A DNA stretch of 64,000 nucleotides from an uncultured Actinomycetota bacterium (lineage in GTDB: Bacteria; Actinomycetota; Actinomycetes; Mycobacteriales; Jatrophihabitantaceae): positions 171,026-235,025 of the forward strand of contig CAVZOC010000006.1 of assembly GCA_963776855.1 (NCBI GenBank), in the 5' to 3' direction. Shown here one piece after another: positions 48,003-56,831 of this stretch (position 1 is the stretch's first letter; each line of letters opens with the position of its first letter). The notes under the pieces are model-generated. The model had not been told where the DNA came from, searched no databases, and saw only the letters and a program-made list of their open reading frames with translations. The translations under genes and the position numbers were made by a program.

Positions 48003-49639
48003 CGAGCACGACGTCCCGACGTTCCGATACGCCCCGCACCCCGCAGGGCAAGGCCGGGGCCTGGGCGGACACGCGACTCAAGCTCGCGGGCCCCATGCGC
48101 AAGCAGCTGAACAAGGTCTTCCCGGACCACTGGTCGTTCATGATGGGCGAGATCGCGCTCTACTCGTTCATCATCCTGCTGCTCACCGGCACCTACATGT
48201 CGTTCTTCTTCGACCCGTCGTTGGGCGAGACGGTCTACCACGGCCGGTACACGCTCATGGACGGCGTGAAGATGTCCCACGCCTACGCCTCGACGCTGAA
48301 CCTGAGCTTCGACGTCCGCGGCGGGCTGGTGGTCCGGCAGATCCACCACTGGGCGGCGCTGATGTTCCTGGCCGCCATGCTCGTGCACATGTTCCGGATC
48401 TTCTTCACCGGAGCGTTCCGTAAGCCGCGCGAGCTGAACTGGCTGATCGGGCTCGGCCTCATCGCCCTGGGCATCGTCGAGGGCTTCGCGGGGTACTCGC
48501 TGCCCGACGACCTGCTCTCGGGTACCGGGTTGCGCATCGCTGACGCGATCATGCTGTCGATCCCGGTGATCGGCACCTGGGTGTCGTTCCTCGTCTTCGG
48601 CGGGGAGTTCCCCGGCGACATCATCAACGAGCGCCTCTACATCGCCCACGTCTTCCTGCTACCGGGTCTGCTGGTGGCTCTGATCGGCGCGCACCTCGCG
48701 TTGGTCGTGCGCCAGAAGCACACTCAGTTCCCGGGGCACGGGCGCACCGAGGACACCGTCACCGGCGAGCGGGTCTTCCCCGTCTACGCTGCGAAGGCCG
48801 GCGGATTCTTCTTCATCGTCTTCGGTGTCACCGCGGCCCTCGGCGGGTTCGCCCAGATCAACCCCGTCTGGTTGTACGGCCCCTACGAGCCGTCCCGAGT
48901 CTCCTCCGGCTCCCAGCCGGACTGGTACATGATGTTCCTCGACGGCTCGACCCGGCTGTTCCCGTCCTGGGAGATCAGACTCTGGAACCACACGATCTCG
49001 CCGTTGTTCTGGCCGACGGTCGTGCTGCCGGGGATTCTGTTCACCCTGGCGGCGGTCTATCCGTTCCTCGAGGCGCGGATGACCAAGGACCGAGCGATCC
49101 ACCACCTGCTGCAGCGGCCGCGGGACGTTCCGGTCCGGACCGGTCTGGGCTGCATGGTGATCACGTTCTACATCGTCCTGCTGCTGTCCGGCGCGAACGA
49201 CATCATCGCCAAGTCCTTCAGCATCTCGCTGAACGCGATGACCTGGGGCGGGCGCATCGCACTGCTGTTACTGCCGCCGATCGCCTACGTGGCCGCCTAC
49301 CGGGTCTGCCTGGGCCTGCAGCGACACGACCGGGAGGTTCTCGAGCACGGCGTCGAGACGGGTGTCGTCAAGGTGCTGCCCTCCGGGGAGTTCATCGAGG
49401 TGCACCAGCCGCTCGGCCCCACCGACGAGCACGGCCACGGGCAGCTCAAGTACGCCGGGACGCCGGTTCCGAAGCGGATGAACCAGCTGGGTGCCGCCAA
49501 CCCGATCAAGGCGGTTCGCGGCTTCTTGTGGCCGGTGAAGGAGAAGCCGGAGATCCAGGAGCGGCTCGACGCCATCGAGGCGGCCGACAAGGACGAGAGC
49601 GGCACCGAGGACTCCTCCCGCAAGGAACTCACCGACTGA
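47999..49639 (+). CDS. qcrB: Cytochrome bcc cytochrome b subunit
   Basis: PDHWSFMMGE, RQIHHWAA, GYSLPDD and QPDWY motifs. Confidence 0.96.
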   Translation: MTSTTSRRSDTPRTPQGKAGAWADTRLKLAGPMRKQLNKVFPDHWSFMMGEIALYSFIILLLTGTYMSFFFDPSLGETVYHGRYTLMDGVKMSHAYASTLNLSFDVRGGLVVRQIHHWAALMFLAAMLVHMFRIFFTGAFRKPRELNWLIGLGLIALGIVEGFAGYSLPDDLLSGTGLRIADAIMLSIPVIGTWVSFLVFGGEFPGDIINERLYIAHVFLLPGLLVALIGAHLALVVRQKHTQFPGHGRTEDTVTGERVFPVYAAKAGGFFFIVFGVTAALGGFAQINPVWLYGPYEPSRVSSGSQPDWYMMFLDGSTRLFPSWEIRLWNHTISPLFWPTVVLPGILFTLAAVYPFLEARMTKDRAIHHLLQRPRDVPVRTGLGCMVITFYIVLLLSGANDIIAKSFSISLNAMTWGGRIALLLLPPIAYVAAYRVCLGLQRHDREVLEHGVETGVVKVLPSGEFIEVHQPLGPTDEHGHGQLKYAGTPVPKRMNQLGAANPIKAVRGFLWPVKEKPEIQERLDAIEAADKDESGTEDSSRKELTD

Positions 49640-49659
49640 CCGCTCCCCCGGCCGACGTT

Positions 49660-49692
49660 CGAGGCCCCCGCCGGCATCCGGCGGGGGCCTCG
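49660..49692 (+). terminator. Hairpin after qcrB
   Basis: CGAGGCCCCCGCCGG-CAT-CCGGCGGGGGCCTCG, a 15-bp perfect stem. Confidence 0.75.
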
Positions 49693-49840
49693 TCGCCTCC
49701 CTGAGCCTCGCTTCAGCTACCGCCGACGAGGGCGCAGGCACACCGGTGTCCGGATCGTGGTGCGCCCCTGGCCGCCCACGGCCGGGCCGCCGCCACGTCC
49801 GACGTTGTCTCGATCCCCCGGGGCCCGGCCAACCGACCGG

Positions 49841-50035
49841 CTAGGGCTGCGGGAAGCCTGGGGCCCAGTCCAGCTCAGCGTCCTCGCGGCCGGGGTCGTG
49901 ATCGCGCCCGAGCAGCCATGATCGCCGTCCGGCGCCGTCGTGGCGGCCCGCGACGTGAACCTCGGGGAAATGACCGACCCGCAGCTGGCACCGCACGACG
50001 TCCAGCACTTCACCACATTGCTCGTCCGAGGTCAT
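49841..50035 (-). CDS. Putative 64-aa Cys/His-motif protein
   Basis: MTSDEQCGEVLDVVRCQLRVGHFPEVH...SW. Fills an otherwise empty gap; AGGGAAG lies upstream. Confidence 0.4.
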   Translation of the reverse strand: MTSDEQCGEVLDVVRCQLRVGHFPEVHVAGRHDGAGRRSWLLGRDHDPGREDAELDWAPGFPQP

Positions 50036-50133
50036 GACCGGAGTCTTCCCTGTGGACGCAGCTGCTCACCGGCCCACCGGGCCGGTCGAGCTGGGGGCGC
50101 TGAGGAGAGCTGAAGAGCGCTGGGGAGCACCGA

Positions 50134-50160
50134 GCCCGCCGGTCGCCGTGACCGGCGGGC
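50134..50160 (-). terminator. Hairpin after ctaF
   Basis: GCCCGCCGGTC-GCCGT-GACCGGCGGGC, an 11-bp stem. Confidence 0.6.
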
Positions 50161-50193
50161 GCCCCTCGGGCCGGGCCGGCTCACCGGCCGGCG

Positions 50194-50655
50194 TCAGCCG
50201 TTGACGGGGTGGTCGTGGCTCGGGGCAGCCTGACGCTTGCCGCCGGTGTAGTACTCGAACAGCAGGCCGCCGACCATGAAGATGAGGAGGAGGGCACCGA
50301 CGATGACCAGCCAGAGCTCGGCGAACGCCAGTGCCACCCCGACGACGGTCGCGGCGGCGGCGAGGCCGGCCGGCCAGTAGCTGCCGGGGCTGAAGAAGCC
50401 GTAGTCGCCGGCCATCTCGGCGATCTCGGCGTCGTTGCGGTCCTCGGGACGCGGGTCGATGCGCCGCGACACGAAGATGAAGAACGAGCCGGGGATGGCC
50501 ATCAGCCCGCCCGACAGGATCAACCCGGTGAGCCCGATCGGCTCGACGTGGCCGTGGGTGAAGCTGTTGGGCAGGTCGGTCCAGACGCCGTAGGCGATCG
50601 CGGTGAGCCAGAAGAACGCCGCCACGCCCATGAACACGCGGGCTTCCATCTTCAT
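50194..50655 (-). CDS. ctaF: Cytochrome aa3 oxidase subunit IV
   Basis: RRIDPRPED...AEIAEMAGDYGFFSPGSYWP. ATGA-type overlap with ctaC. Confidence 0.92.
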   Translation of the reverse strand: MKMEARVFMGVAAFFWLTAIAYGVWTDLPNSFTHGHVEPIGLTGLILSGGLMAIPGSFFIFVSRRIDPRPEDRNDAEIAEMAGDYGFFSPGSYWPAGLAAAATVVGVALAFAELWLVIVGALLLIFMVGGLLFEYYTGGKRQAAPSHDHPVNG

Positions 50656-51701
50656 GAGGCGCTCCCTCCGCGATGCGCGGCCTGCCGCGCGGTCCGGCTG
50701 GTGTCCAGCGGGTAGGTCGTGGTCGCCGTGGGGCTGGAGTTCGGCATCGCCATCTCCAGGGCCTTCGTCTGCCGGTTCGGATCGTCGGGTCCGAGCTGCT
50801 TCAGCGCGCTCGTGTACTTCACGAACGTCTGCTGCGGGACCACGCGGACCTCGAAGTTCATCTGCGAGTGGTAAGTGCCGCACAGCTCCGCGCAGCGGCC
50901 CACGTAGCTACCCACCGACGTCGCCGTGAACTGGAACCTGTTGTCCCGGCTGGTCTGGTACTTGTCCTGCCCCTGGAGGGAGTTGGGGTTCTCATAGGGG
51001 ATGACGTCGCGCTTGAACAGGAACTCCGGCACCCAGAACGAGTGGGCGACATCCAAGGAGTGCTCGTCGATCTGGACGCTCTGGTTGACCGGGACGACGA
51101 GGATCGGGATGAGGTTCGAGTCACCGACCGTGTTCAGGTAGTACGGCACCTTCAGCGACCGGTGCTGGGGGTTGAGCAGCGTCTTGCCGTTGCGCTGGTA
51201 GGCCAGCTGCTCGGGCGTGGAGGTCTGCTGGCCCTTCGGACCGCGGTAGGAGTGGTACTCGAACTCCCAGTTCCACTTGAAGGCGTCGACCTGGATGTTG
51301 ACGTCGGGGTTGGCGCTGAGCCGGTTGACGTAGTCCTCGACGACCACGGTCCGGTAGAACAGCCCGGCGATGACCAGGAACGGGATCGTGACGCAGACCA
51401 TCTCGATGGCGAAGTTGTACTTGGTCTGCCGCGGCAGCCGGTCGTCCCGCTTCCGATAGCGGATGACGCACCAGAAGATGAGGCCCCAGACGATGACGCC
51501 GAGCACGAGCGCGGCCACACCGGCCCAGGTCCACAGGACGCGGATCCTGGTGGCCTGTTTGGTCACGCCGGTGGGGAAACCGAACCGGAGGTTGCGCTCC
51601 CAGTCGCTGGCCGAGCAGCCGCTCAGGGCCACCGCCAGCACCGCCAGGAGCAACCCGTAACGCGCGACGCGGGTCGGCAACGACCATCGACTCCGACGCA
51701 C
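50652..51701 (-). CDS. ctaC: Cytochrome aa3 oxidase subunit II
   Basis: Lipobox LSGC, KWNWEF, DVAHSFWVP and CAELCGTYHSQM (CuA). Start inferred. Confidence 0.94.
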   Translation of the reverse strand: MRRSRWSLPTRVARYGLLLAVLAVALSGCSASDWERNLRFGFPTGVTKQATRIRVLWTWAGVAALVLGVIVWGLIFWCVIRYRKRDDRLPRQTKYNFAIEMVCVTIPFLVIAGLFYRTVVVEDYVNRLSANPDVNIQVDAFKWNWEFEYHSYRGPKGQQTSTPEQLAYQRNGKTLLNPQHRSLKVPYYLNTVGDSNLIPILVVPVNQSVQIDEHSLDVAHSFWVPEFLFKRDVIPYENPNSLQGQDKYQTSRDNRFQFTATSVGSYVGRCAELCGTYHSQMNFEVRVVPQQTFVKYTSALKQLGPDDPNRQTKALEMAMPNSSPTATTTYPLDTSRTARQAAHRGGSAS

Positions 51702-51788
51702 CAGAAAACCGCCTCTCGACCCGGCCACGAACGCTTCGAGACTACTTGACCTCCGGTCCGCCGAACCGGCCGGGCTACCGTTCCAGGC

Positions 51789-52919
51789 GTGCCCGCGCAT
51801 CTGGACGCCGCCGCCGGGGCGCCGCTGCATCCGGTCGCCCGGGAGGCGCTGCTCGCCGCCCTCGACGACGGCTGGGCCGACCCCACGAAGCTCACCGGCG
51901 CGAGCCGCCGCGCCGCGGTCCTGCTGGCCGCCGCCCGGGAGTCGGTCGCGGCCGAGATCGGGGCCCGCCCGGAGGAGATCTCGTTCGTCCCCAACGCCAC
52001 TCAGGCCCTCCACGCGGCGGTGCTGGGGACCCTAGCCGGCAACCGTCGGCGCCGCAGCCTCGTGCACGGCACGGTGGAGCACTCCGCGGTGCTGCACGCC
52101 GCCGAGGCGCACGAGGCCGCCGGCGGGCGGACCGTCCCGGTGGGGGTAGACGCGCTGGCGCGGGTCGATTTGGACGCGCTCGTGGCTGCCGCCGGTGGCG
52201 CGGACGTTGCCGCGGTGGCGCTGCAGGCCGCGAACCACGAGGTGGGCACCCGTCAGCCGGTCGCGGCGGCGGCCGAGCGGGTGGCGCCGGTACCACTGGT
52301 GGTCGACGCCACCCAGGCCCTCGGCCACGGGCCGCTGCCCGAGGGCTGGTCGGTGCTCGCCGCCGACGCCCGGACGTGGGGCGGCGGGACGACCGGCATC
52401 CTCGCCGTCCGCACCGGGACCCGCTGGCGCTCGCCGGGCCCGGCCGACGAGGGCGAGCACGGTCGGGTGGCCGGTGCGGTGAACCTGCCCGCGGTCGTCG
52501 CGGCCGCGGCGTCCTTGCGGGCGGTCTGCGCCGAGGCCGAGGACACCGCGGCGCGGCACCGGGCGATGATCGACCGGGTCCGGGCAGCGGTGCCGCGGCT
52601 GGTGCCGGACGTCGAGGTGCTGGGCGACCCGGACGACCGGCTCCCCCACCTGGTCACCTTCTCCTGCCTGTATGTCGACGGCGAGGCGTTGCTGAGCCGC
52701 CTCGACCGGCGCGGGTTCGCGGTGTCGTCCGGCTCGTCGTGCACGTCCTCGACGCTCGAGCCGTCGCACGTGCTGGTGGCGATGGGGGCCTTGACCTCGG
52801 GCAACGTGCGGGTCTCGCTACATCGGGACACGCGCGAGGACGAGATCGAGCAGTTCCTGGCCGTGCTGCCGCAGGTGGTGGCCGAGGTCCGCGCCGAGCT
52901 CGGGGCCGACCGGCTGTGA
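51789..52919 (+). CDS. Cysteine-desulfurase-like (class V aminotransferase fold) protein
   Basis: EHSAV, NHEVGT, VDATQ and SSGSSC (catalytic Cys) are present. The usual SxHK lysine site reads DART. Confidence 0.85.
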   Translation: MPAHLDAAAGAPLHPVAREALLAALDDGWADPTKLTGASRRAAVLLAAARESVAAEIGARPEEISFVPNATQALHAAVLGTLAGNRRRRSLVHGTVEHSAVLHAAEAHEAAGGRTVPVGVDALARVDLDALVAAAGGADVAAVALQAANHEVGTRQPVAAAAERVAPVPLVVDATQALGHGPLPEGWSVLAADARTWGGGTTGILAVRTGTRWRSPGPADEGEHGRVAGAVNLPAVVAAAASLRAVCAEAEDTAARHRAMIDRVRAAVPRLVPDVEVLGDPDDRLPHLVTFSCLYVDGEALLSRLDRRGFAVSSGSSCTSSTLEPSHVLVAMGALTSGNVRVSLHRDTREDEIEQFLAVLPQVVAEVRAELGADRL

Positions 52920-53143
52920 GCACGGTGCTGGACTGCCGCGGCCGCCGCTGCCCGCTGCCGATCCTCGAGCTCGCGCGGCACATCGGCGACGTCCCCGTCG
53001 GCGAGACGGTGACCGTCGAGGCCGACGACCCCGCCGCCCGCCCCGACGTCGCGGCCTGGTGCCGCATGCGCGGCCACGCATACGTCGGCGAGACCCCCGC
53101 CGCCGACGGCACGCCCGGCTACACCGTCCGCCGGCTGATGTGA
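52916..53143 (+). CDS. tusA: TusA-family sulfur carrier
   Basis: LDCRGRRCPLPI and ADDPAARPDVAAWC motifs. GTGA overlap with the upstream gene. Confidence 0.88.
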   Translation: MSTVLDCRGRRCPLPILELARHIGDVPVGETVTVEADDPAARPDVAAWCRMRGHAYVGETPAADGTPGYTVRRLM

Positions 53144-53165
53144 CCGGCCCGGGATACTGGTCGCC

Positions 53166-55067
53166 ATGTGTGGCCTGATCGGTTTTCTGTCCGCCTCCGG
53201 CGGGGCGGAGGTGGTGGCCCCCGAGGTCGAGGGCGCCCTGCCCCACATGCGGCACCGCGGCCCGGACGAGGGCAAGGTCTGGCAAGACCGGGACGTCGCA
53301 ATCGGGTTCCGCCGGCTGTCGATCATCGACATCGAGCACTCCCACCAGCCGCTGCCCTGGCTGGCCGAGCGCTACCAGCTGATCTTCAACGGCGAGATCT
53401 ACAACTACGTCGAGCTCCGCGAGCGGCTGGTGCGGGACTTCGGTGCCGTCTTCGAGACCGAGGGTGACGGCGAGGCGATCGTCGCCGGCTACCACCACCT
53501 GGGGCCCAAGATCGTCCGCGAGCTGCGCGGCATGTTCGCGTTCCTGATCTGGGACTCGCAGGAGCGGGTGCTGTTCGGCGCGCGGGACTGGTTCGGCATC
53601 AAGCCGCTGTTCACCATGGCCGACGAGCGCGGCACCTTCTTCGCCAGCGAGAAGAAGTCGCTGCTCGACCTCGCCTCCGACGAGCAGCGGGCCGACGTCG
53701 ACACCGCCGCGCTGCAGCAGTACCTGACGCTGCAGTACGTGCCCGAACCCGCCTCGATGCACGCCGGGATCCGCCGTATCGAGTCCGGCACCTACTTCAC
53801 GCTGCGCCCGGGCGAGCAGCTGCGTCCCCACCGGTACTTCCATCCGGACTTCCCCATCCGGGCCGTCCCGGACGAGGAGAAGCTGTACCGCGAGATCGCC
53901 GACGCCCTCGAGGACTCGGTGGCCAAGCACATGCGCGCCGACGTCACGGTCGGGTCGTTCCTGTCGGGCGGGATCGACTCGACGGCGGTGGCGGCGCTGG
54001 CGAAGCGTCACAACCCGAGCCTGCTGACCTTCACCACGGGCTTCGAGCGCGAGGGCTACAGCGAGATCGACGTCGCCGCGGAGTCCGCCCGCGCCATCGG
54101 GGTGGAGCACATCACCAAGGTCGTCTCCGCCGAGGAGATGATGGAGACGCTGCCGCTGATCGTCTGGTACCTGGACGATCCCGTCGCGGACCCGGCCCTG
54201 GTGCCGCTGTACTTCATCGCCCGCGAGGCGCGTAAACACGTCAAGGTCGTCCTGTCCGGCGAGGGCGCGGACGAGCTGTTCGGCGGGTACACGATCTACC
54301 GGGAACCGATCTCGCTGCGCGGCTTCGACCACCTGCCCCGCTCGGTGCGGCAGGGGCTGGGCCGGCTGTCCACCCGCATTCCCGAAGGCACGCGCGGCAA
54401 GGACCTGTTACGCCGCGGCGCGATCGGCATCGAGGAGCGCTACTACGGCAACGCCCGCATCTTCCGTCCCGACGAGATGCAGGGGCTGTACCGCCGCTTC
54501 GACCCCTCGGTGTCCTACACCGACGTGACGGCGCCGCTGTACGAGCGCACCGCACATCTCGACGACTCGACCCGCATGCAGTACGTCGACCTGTTCACCT
54601 GGCTTCGGGGCGACATCCTCGTGAAGGCCGACAAGATGACCATGGCGAACTCACTGGAGCTGCGGGTGCCGTTCCTGGACACCGAGGTGTTCGGCGTGGG
54701 CTCGTCGATCCCGACCCGGCTGAAGCTGACCCGCGAGACGACGAAGTTCGCGCTGCGGCGGGCGCTGGAGCTGATCGTGCCCGCGCACGTCATCAACCGG
54801 CCGAAGCTGGGGTTCCCCGTGCCCATCCGGCACTGGCTCAAGGACGTCATGTACGAGTGGGCCCGGGCGATCATCACCGAATCGCAGGCCGACGAGCTCG
54901 TCGACCGTCGGGCGGCGCTGCGGCTGCTGGAGGCCCACCGCACGGGGCCGCACGACTACTCCCGCAAGATCTGGACGCTGCTGGTGTTCCTCGTCTGGCA
55001 CGGCATCTTCGTCGAGGAGCGCATCGCGATCACCCCGCCGGAGCCGGTCTACCCGGTCCGGCTCTGA
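53166..55067 (+). CDS. asnB: Asparagine synthase-like glutamine amidotransferase
   Basis: N-terminal MCG, HRGPD, RRLSIID, FNGEIYNY, LSGGIDS and SGEGADELFGGY motifs. Confidence 0.95.
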   Translation: MCGLIGFLSASGGAEVVAPEVEGALPHMRHRGPDEGKVWQDRDVAIGFRRLSIIDIEHSHQPLPWLAERYQLIFNGEIYNYVELRERLVRDFGAVFETEGDGEAIVAGYHHLGPKIVRELRGMFAFLIWDSQERVLFGARDWFGIKPLFTMADERGTFFASEKKSLLDLASDEQRADVDTAALQQYLTLQYVPEPASMHAGIRRIESGTYFTLRPGEQLRPHRYFHPDFPIRAVPDEEKLYREIADALEDSVAKHMRADVTVGSFLSGGIDSTAVAALAKRHNPSLLTFTTGFEREGYSEIDVAAESARAIGVEHITKVVSAEEMMETLPLIVWYLDDPVADPALVPLYFIAREARKHVKVVLSGEGADELFGGYTIYREPISLRGFDHLPRSVRQGLGRLSTRIPEGTRGKDLLRRGAIGIEERYYGNARIFRPDEMQGLYRRFDPSVSYTDVTAPLYERTAHLDDSTRMQYVDLFTWLRGDILVKADKMTMANSLELRVPFLDTEVFGVGSSIPTRLKLTRETTKFALRRALELIVPAHVINRPKLGFPVPIRHWLKDVMYEWARAIITESQADELVDRRAALRLLEAHRTGPHDYSRKIWTLLVFLVWHGIFVEERIAITPPEPVYPVRL

Positions 55068-55100
55068 AGGCCGCACGCGGCGCCGGCCTGACCGCGAAAC

Positions 55101-55141
55101 GCCCCCGCCCACCGGGCAACAGTCAGCCCGGCGGCGGGGGC
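55101..55141. terminator. Imperfect hairpin between convergent asnB and adoK
   Basis: GCCCCCGCC..CCGGGC-loop-GCCCGG..GGCGGGGGC. Confidence 0.55.
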
Positions 55142-55152
55142 GGTCCGAACGC

Positions 55153-56124
55153 TCAGCTAAGGTGCGGCAGCACCTCGGCGGCGCAGTCGTCGCCGTAGGA
55201 CTCGGCGAGCCGGTCGGCGAAGTTGGACTTCTCGACCGTGTACTCCTGGGTGCCGACGCTCTCGAGCACCATGGTGGCCAGCAGGCTTCCGACCTCGGCG
55301 GCCCGCCGCCAGGACAGCCCCCACTCGCGACCGGTCAGGAACCCGCCGCGGAAGGCGTCGCCGACGCCGGTCGGGTCGGCCTTGGCGCGCTCCTTGGCCA
55401 CCGGGACGTGGACCGGTTCGACGTCGCGGCCGACGATCTCCACGCCGTCCTTGCCCAGCGTCGTGACGCGAACGTTGATCTGCGACATCACGTCGGCCTC
55501 GGAGTACCCGGTCTTGGACTCCAGCAGGCTCTTCTCGTAGTCGTTGGTGAACAGCAGGTCCGCGCCCTCGATCAGGGCCTTCAGCGCGTCGCCGTCCATG
55601 CGGGTGATCTGCTGCGACGGGTCGGCGACGAAGCGCAGGCCCTTGTCCCGGCACTCCGAGCTGTGCTGGGTCATGGCGCTGGGGTCGTAGGCGCTGATGA
55701 CGGCGAGGTCCGCGCCCGTGGTGTCCCAGATGGGTGAAATGTCGATGCTCCCGGCCTCGCCCATGGCGCCGGCGTAGAACGAGCCGATCTGGCACATCTC
55801 CTGGTCGGTGGTGCAGACGAACCGGGCGGTGTGCTTCTCGTCGGAGATCTGGACGTGGTCGCAGTTGACGCCGGCGTCTTCCAGGAAGGTGCGGTAGTCG
55901 TCGAAGTCCTTGCCTACGTTGCCGACGAGAACGGGCGAGCCGCCCAGCTGGGCCATCGCGTAGCAGATGTTGGGGGCGACCCCGCCGCGGCGCACCTCGA
56001 GCTCATCGACGAGGAACGACAGTGACACCTTGTGCAGCTGGTCGGCGAGCAGTTGTTCGGAGAACTTGCCCGGGAAATGCATCAGGTGGTCGGTGGCGAT
56101 TGATCCGGCAACGAGAGTAGGCAT
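55153..56124 (-). CDS. adoK: PfkB-family kinase (actinobacterial adenosine kinase-like)
   Basis: VAGSIATDHLMHFPGKF, RRGGVAPN and DPTGVGDAFRGG motifs. TAGGCT sits 6 nt before the ATG. Confidence 0.85.
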   Translation of the reverse strand: MPTLVAGSIATDHLMHFPGKFSEQLLADQLHKVSLSFLVDELEVRRGGVAPNICYAMAQLGGSPVLVGNVGKDFDDYRTFLEDAGVNCDHVQISDEKHTARFVCTTDQEMCQIGSFYAGAMGEAGSIDISPIWDTTGADLAVISAYDPSAMTQHSSECRDKGLRFVADPSQQITRMDGDALKALIEGADLLFTNDYEKSLLESKTGYSEADVMSQINVRVTTLGKDGVEIVGRDVEPVHVPVAKERAKADPTGVGDAFRGGFLTGREWGLSWRRAAEVGSLLATMVLESVGTQEYTVEKSNFADRLAESYGDDCAAEVLPHLS

Positions 56125-56153
56125 CAACCCAGCCTAACGAACTGTTGAAGAAA

Positions 56154-56275
56154 GACTGAAAGGAGCCGCTGCTCCCGACCTGAACCTGACAGTGCAGGCC
56201 GAGAGCAACAGCGCCCACTGCTACCCACCGGAAGGTCAGGACAACAGCAGAAAAATCCGGCGCGGCGGTTCAGTC
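56154..56275. other. Candidate structured non-coding element (family unrecognised)
   Basis: Nested complementarity: GACTGAA/TTCAGTC, GGAGC/GCTCC, CCTGAC/GTCAGG and AGTG/CACT. Visibly more A-rich than the flanking DNA. Confidence 0.35.
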
Positions 56276-56654
56276 AGCCGCAGAACGAGTTGCCGCAGGC
56301 GCAGCCGCCACCCGCGTTCGGGTTGTCGATCGTGAAGCCCTGCTGCTCGATCGTGTCGGTGAAGTCGACGACGGCACCCCCCAGGTACGGGGCGCTCATC
56401 CGGTCGACCACGACCGGGACCCCGTGCGGCTCGAGCACCACGTCGCCGTCGAGCGAGCGCTCGTCGAAGAACAGCTGGTACTGCATGCCGGAGCAGCCGC
56501 CGGGCTGAACAGCCACCCGCAGCCGGAGGTCGTCGCGGCCTTCCTGGTCGAGGAGCGCGCGCACCTTGACCGCGGCGGTCTCGGTGAGTTGCAGGTCCTT
56601 GGTCGCCTCGCCGGGCGTGCTGCTCAGGTCGACAGGGGTTTCGGTGCTGGTCAT
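56274..56654 (-). CDS. iscA: A-type Fe-S carrier (IscA/ErpA/HesB)
   Basis: VQPGGCSGMQY and NPNAGGGCACGNSF motifs. Confidence 0.93.
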   Translation of the reverse strand: MTSTETPVDLSSTPGEATKDLQLTETAAVKVRALLDQEGRDDLRLRVAVQPGGCSGMQYQLFFDERSLDGDVVLEPHGVPVVVDRMSAPYLGGAVVDFTDTIEQQGFTIDNPNAGGGCACGNSFCG

Positions 56655-56831
56655 GTCGCTCCCAGAAATCGGGTTCGGTTGGTCGTGCTCCCGCGACGGG
56701 CAACCACCGCGGGGGCGGCGACTATTCCGTCGTAGCCACCACTGTAGTGACCGCTGACCACCAATGTAGTCGTGTGAGGCCGCCTCCGGTGGATGCCGAC
56801 AGCGATTTCTGCGCCCTCTATCCTGGGGCGC

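Noticed and set aside
49717-50016. 99-aa minus-strand ORF in the qcrB-ctaF gap
   Set aside because: Low-complexity Arg/Gly/Pro content. It overlaps the more protein-like 64-aa ORF in another frame and runs up to the qcrB hairpin.
56154-56275. Assignment to glycine riboswitch, SRP RNA, tRNA, Ms1 or group II intron domain V
   Set aside because: Only short words match (CTGAAAG, CTCCCGACC, GAGCCG); the defining conserved cores are absent. Left as unassigned.
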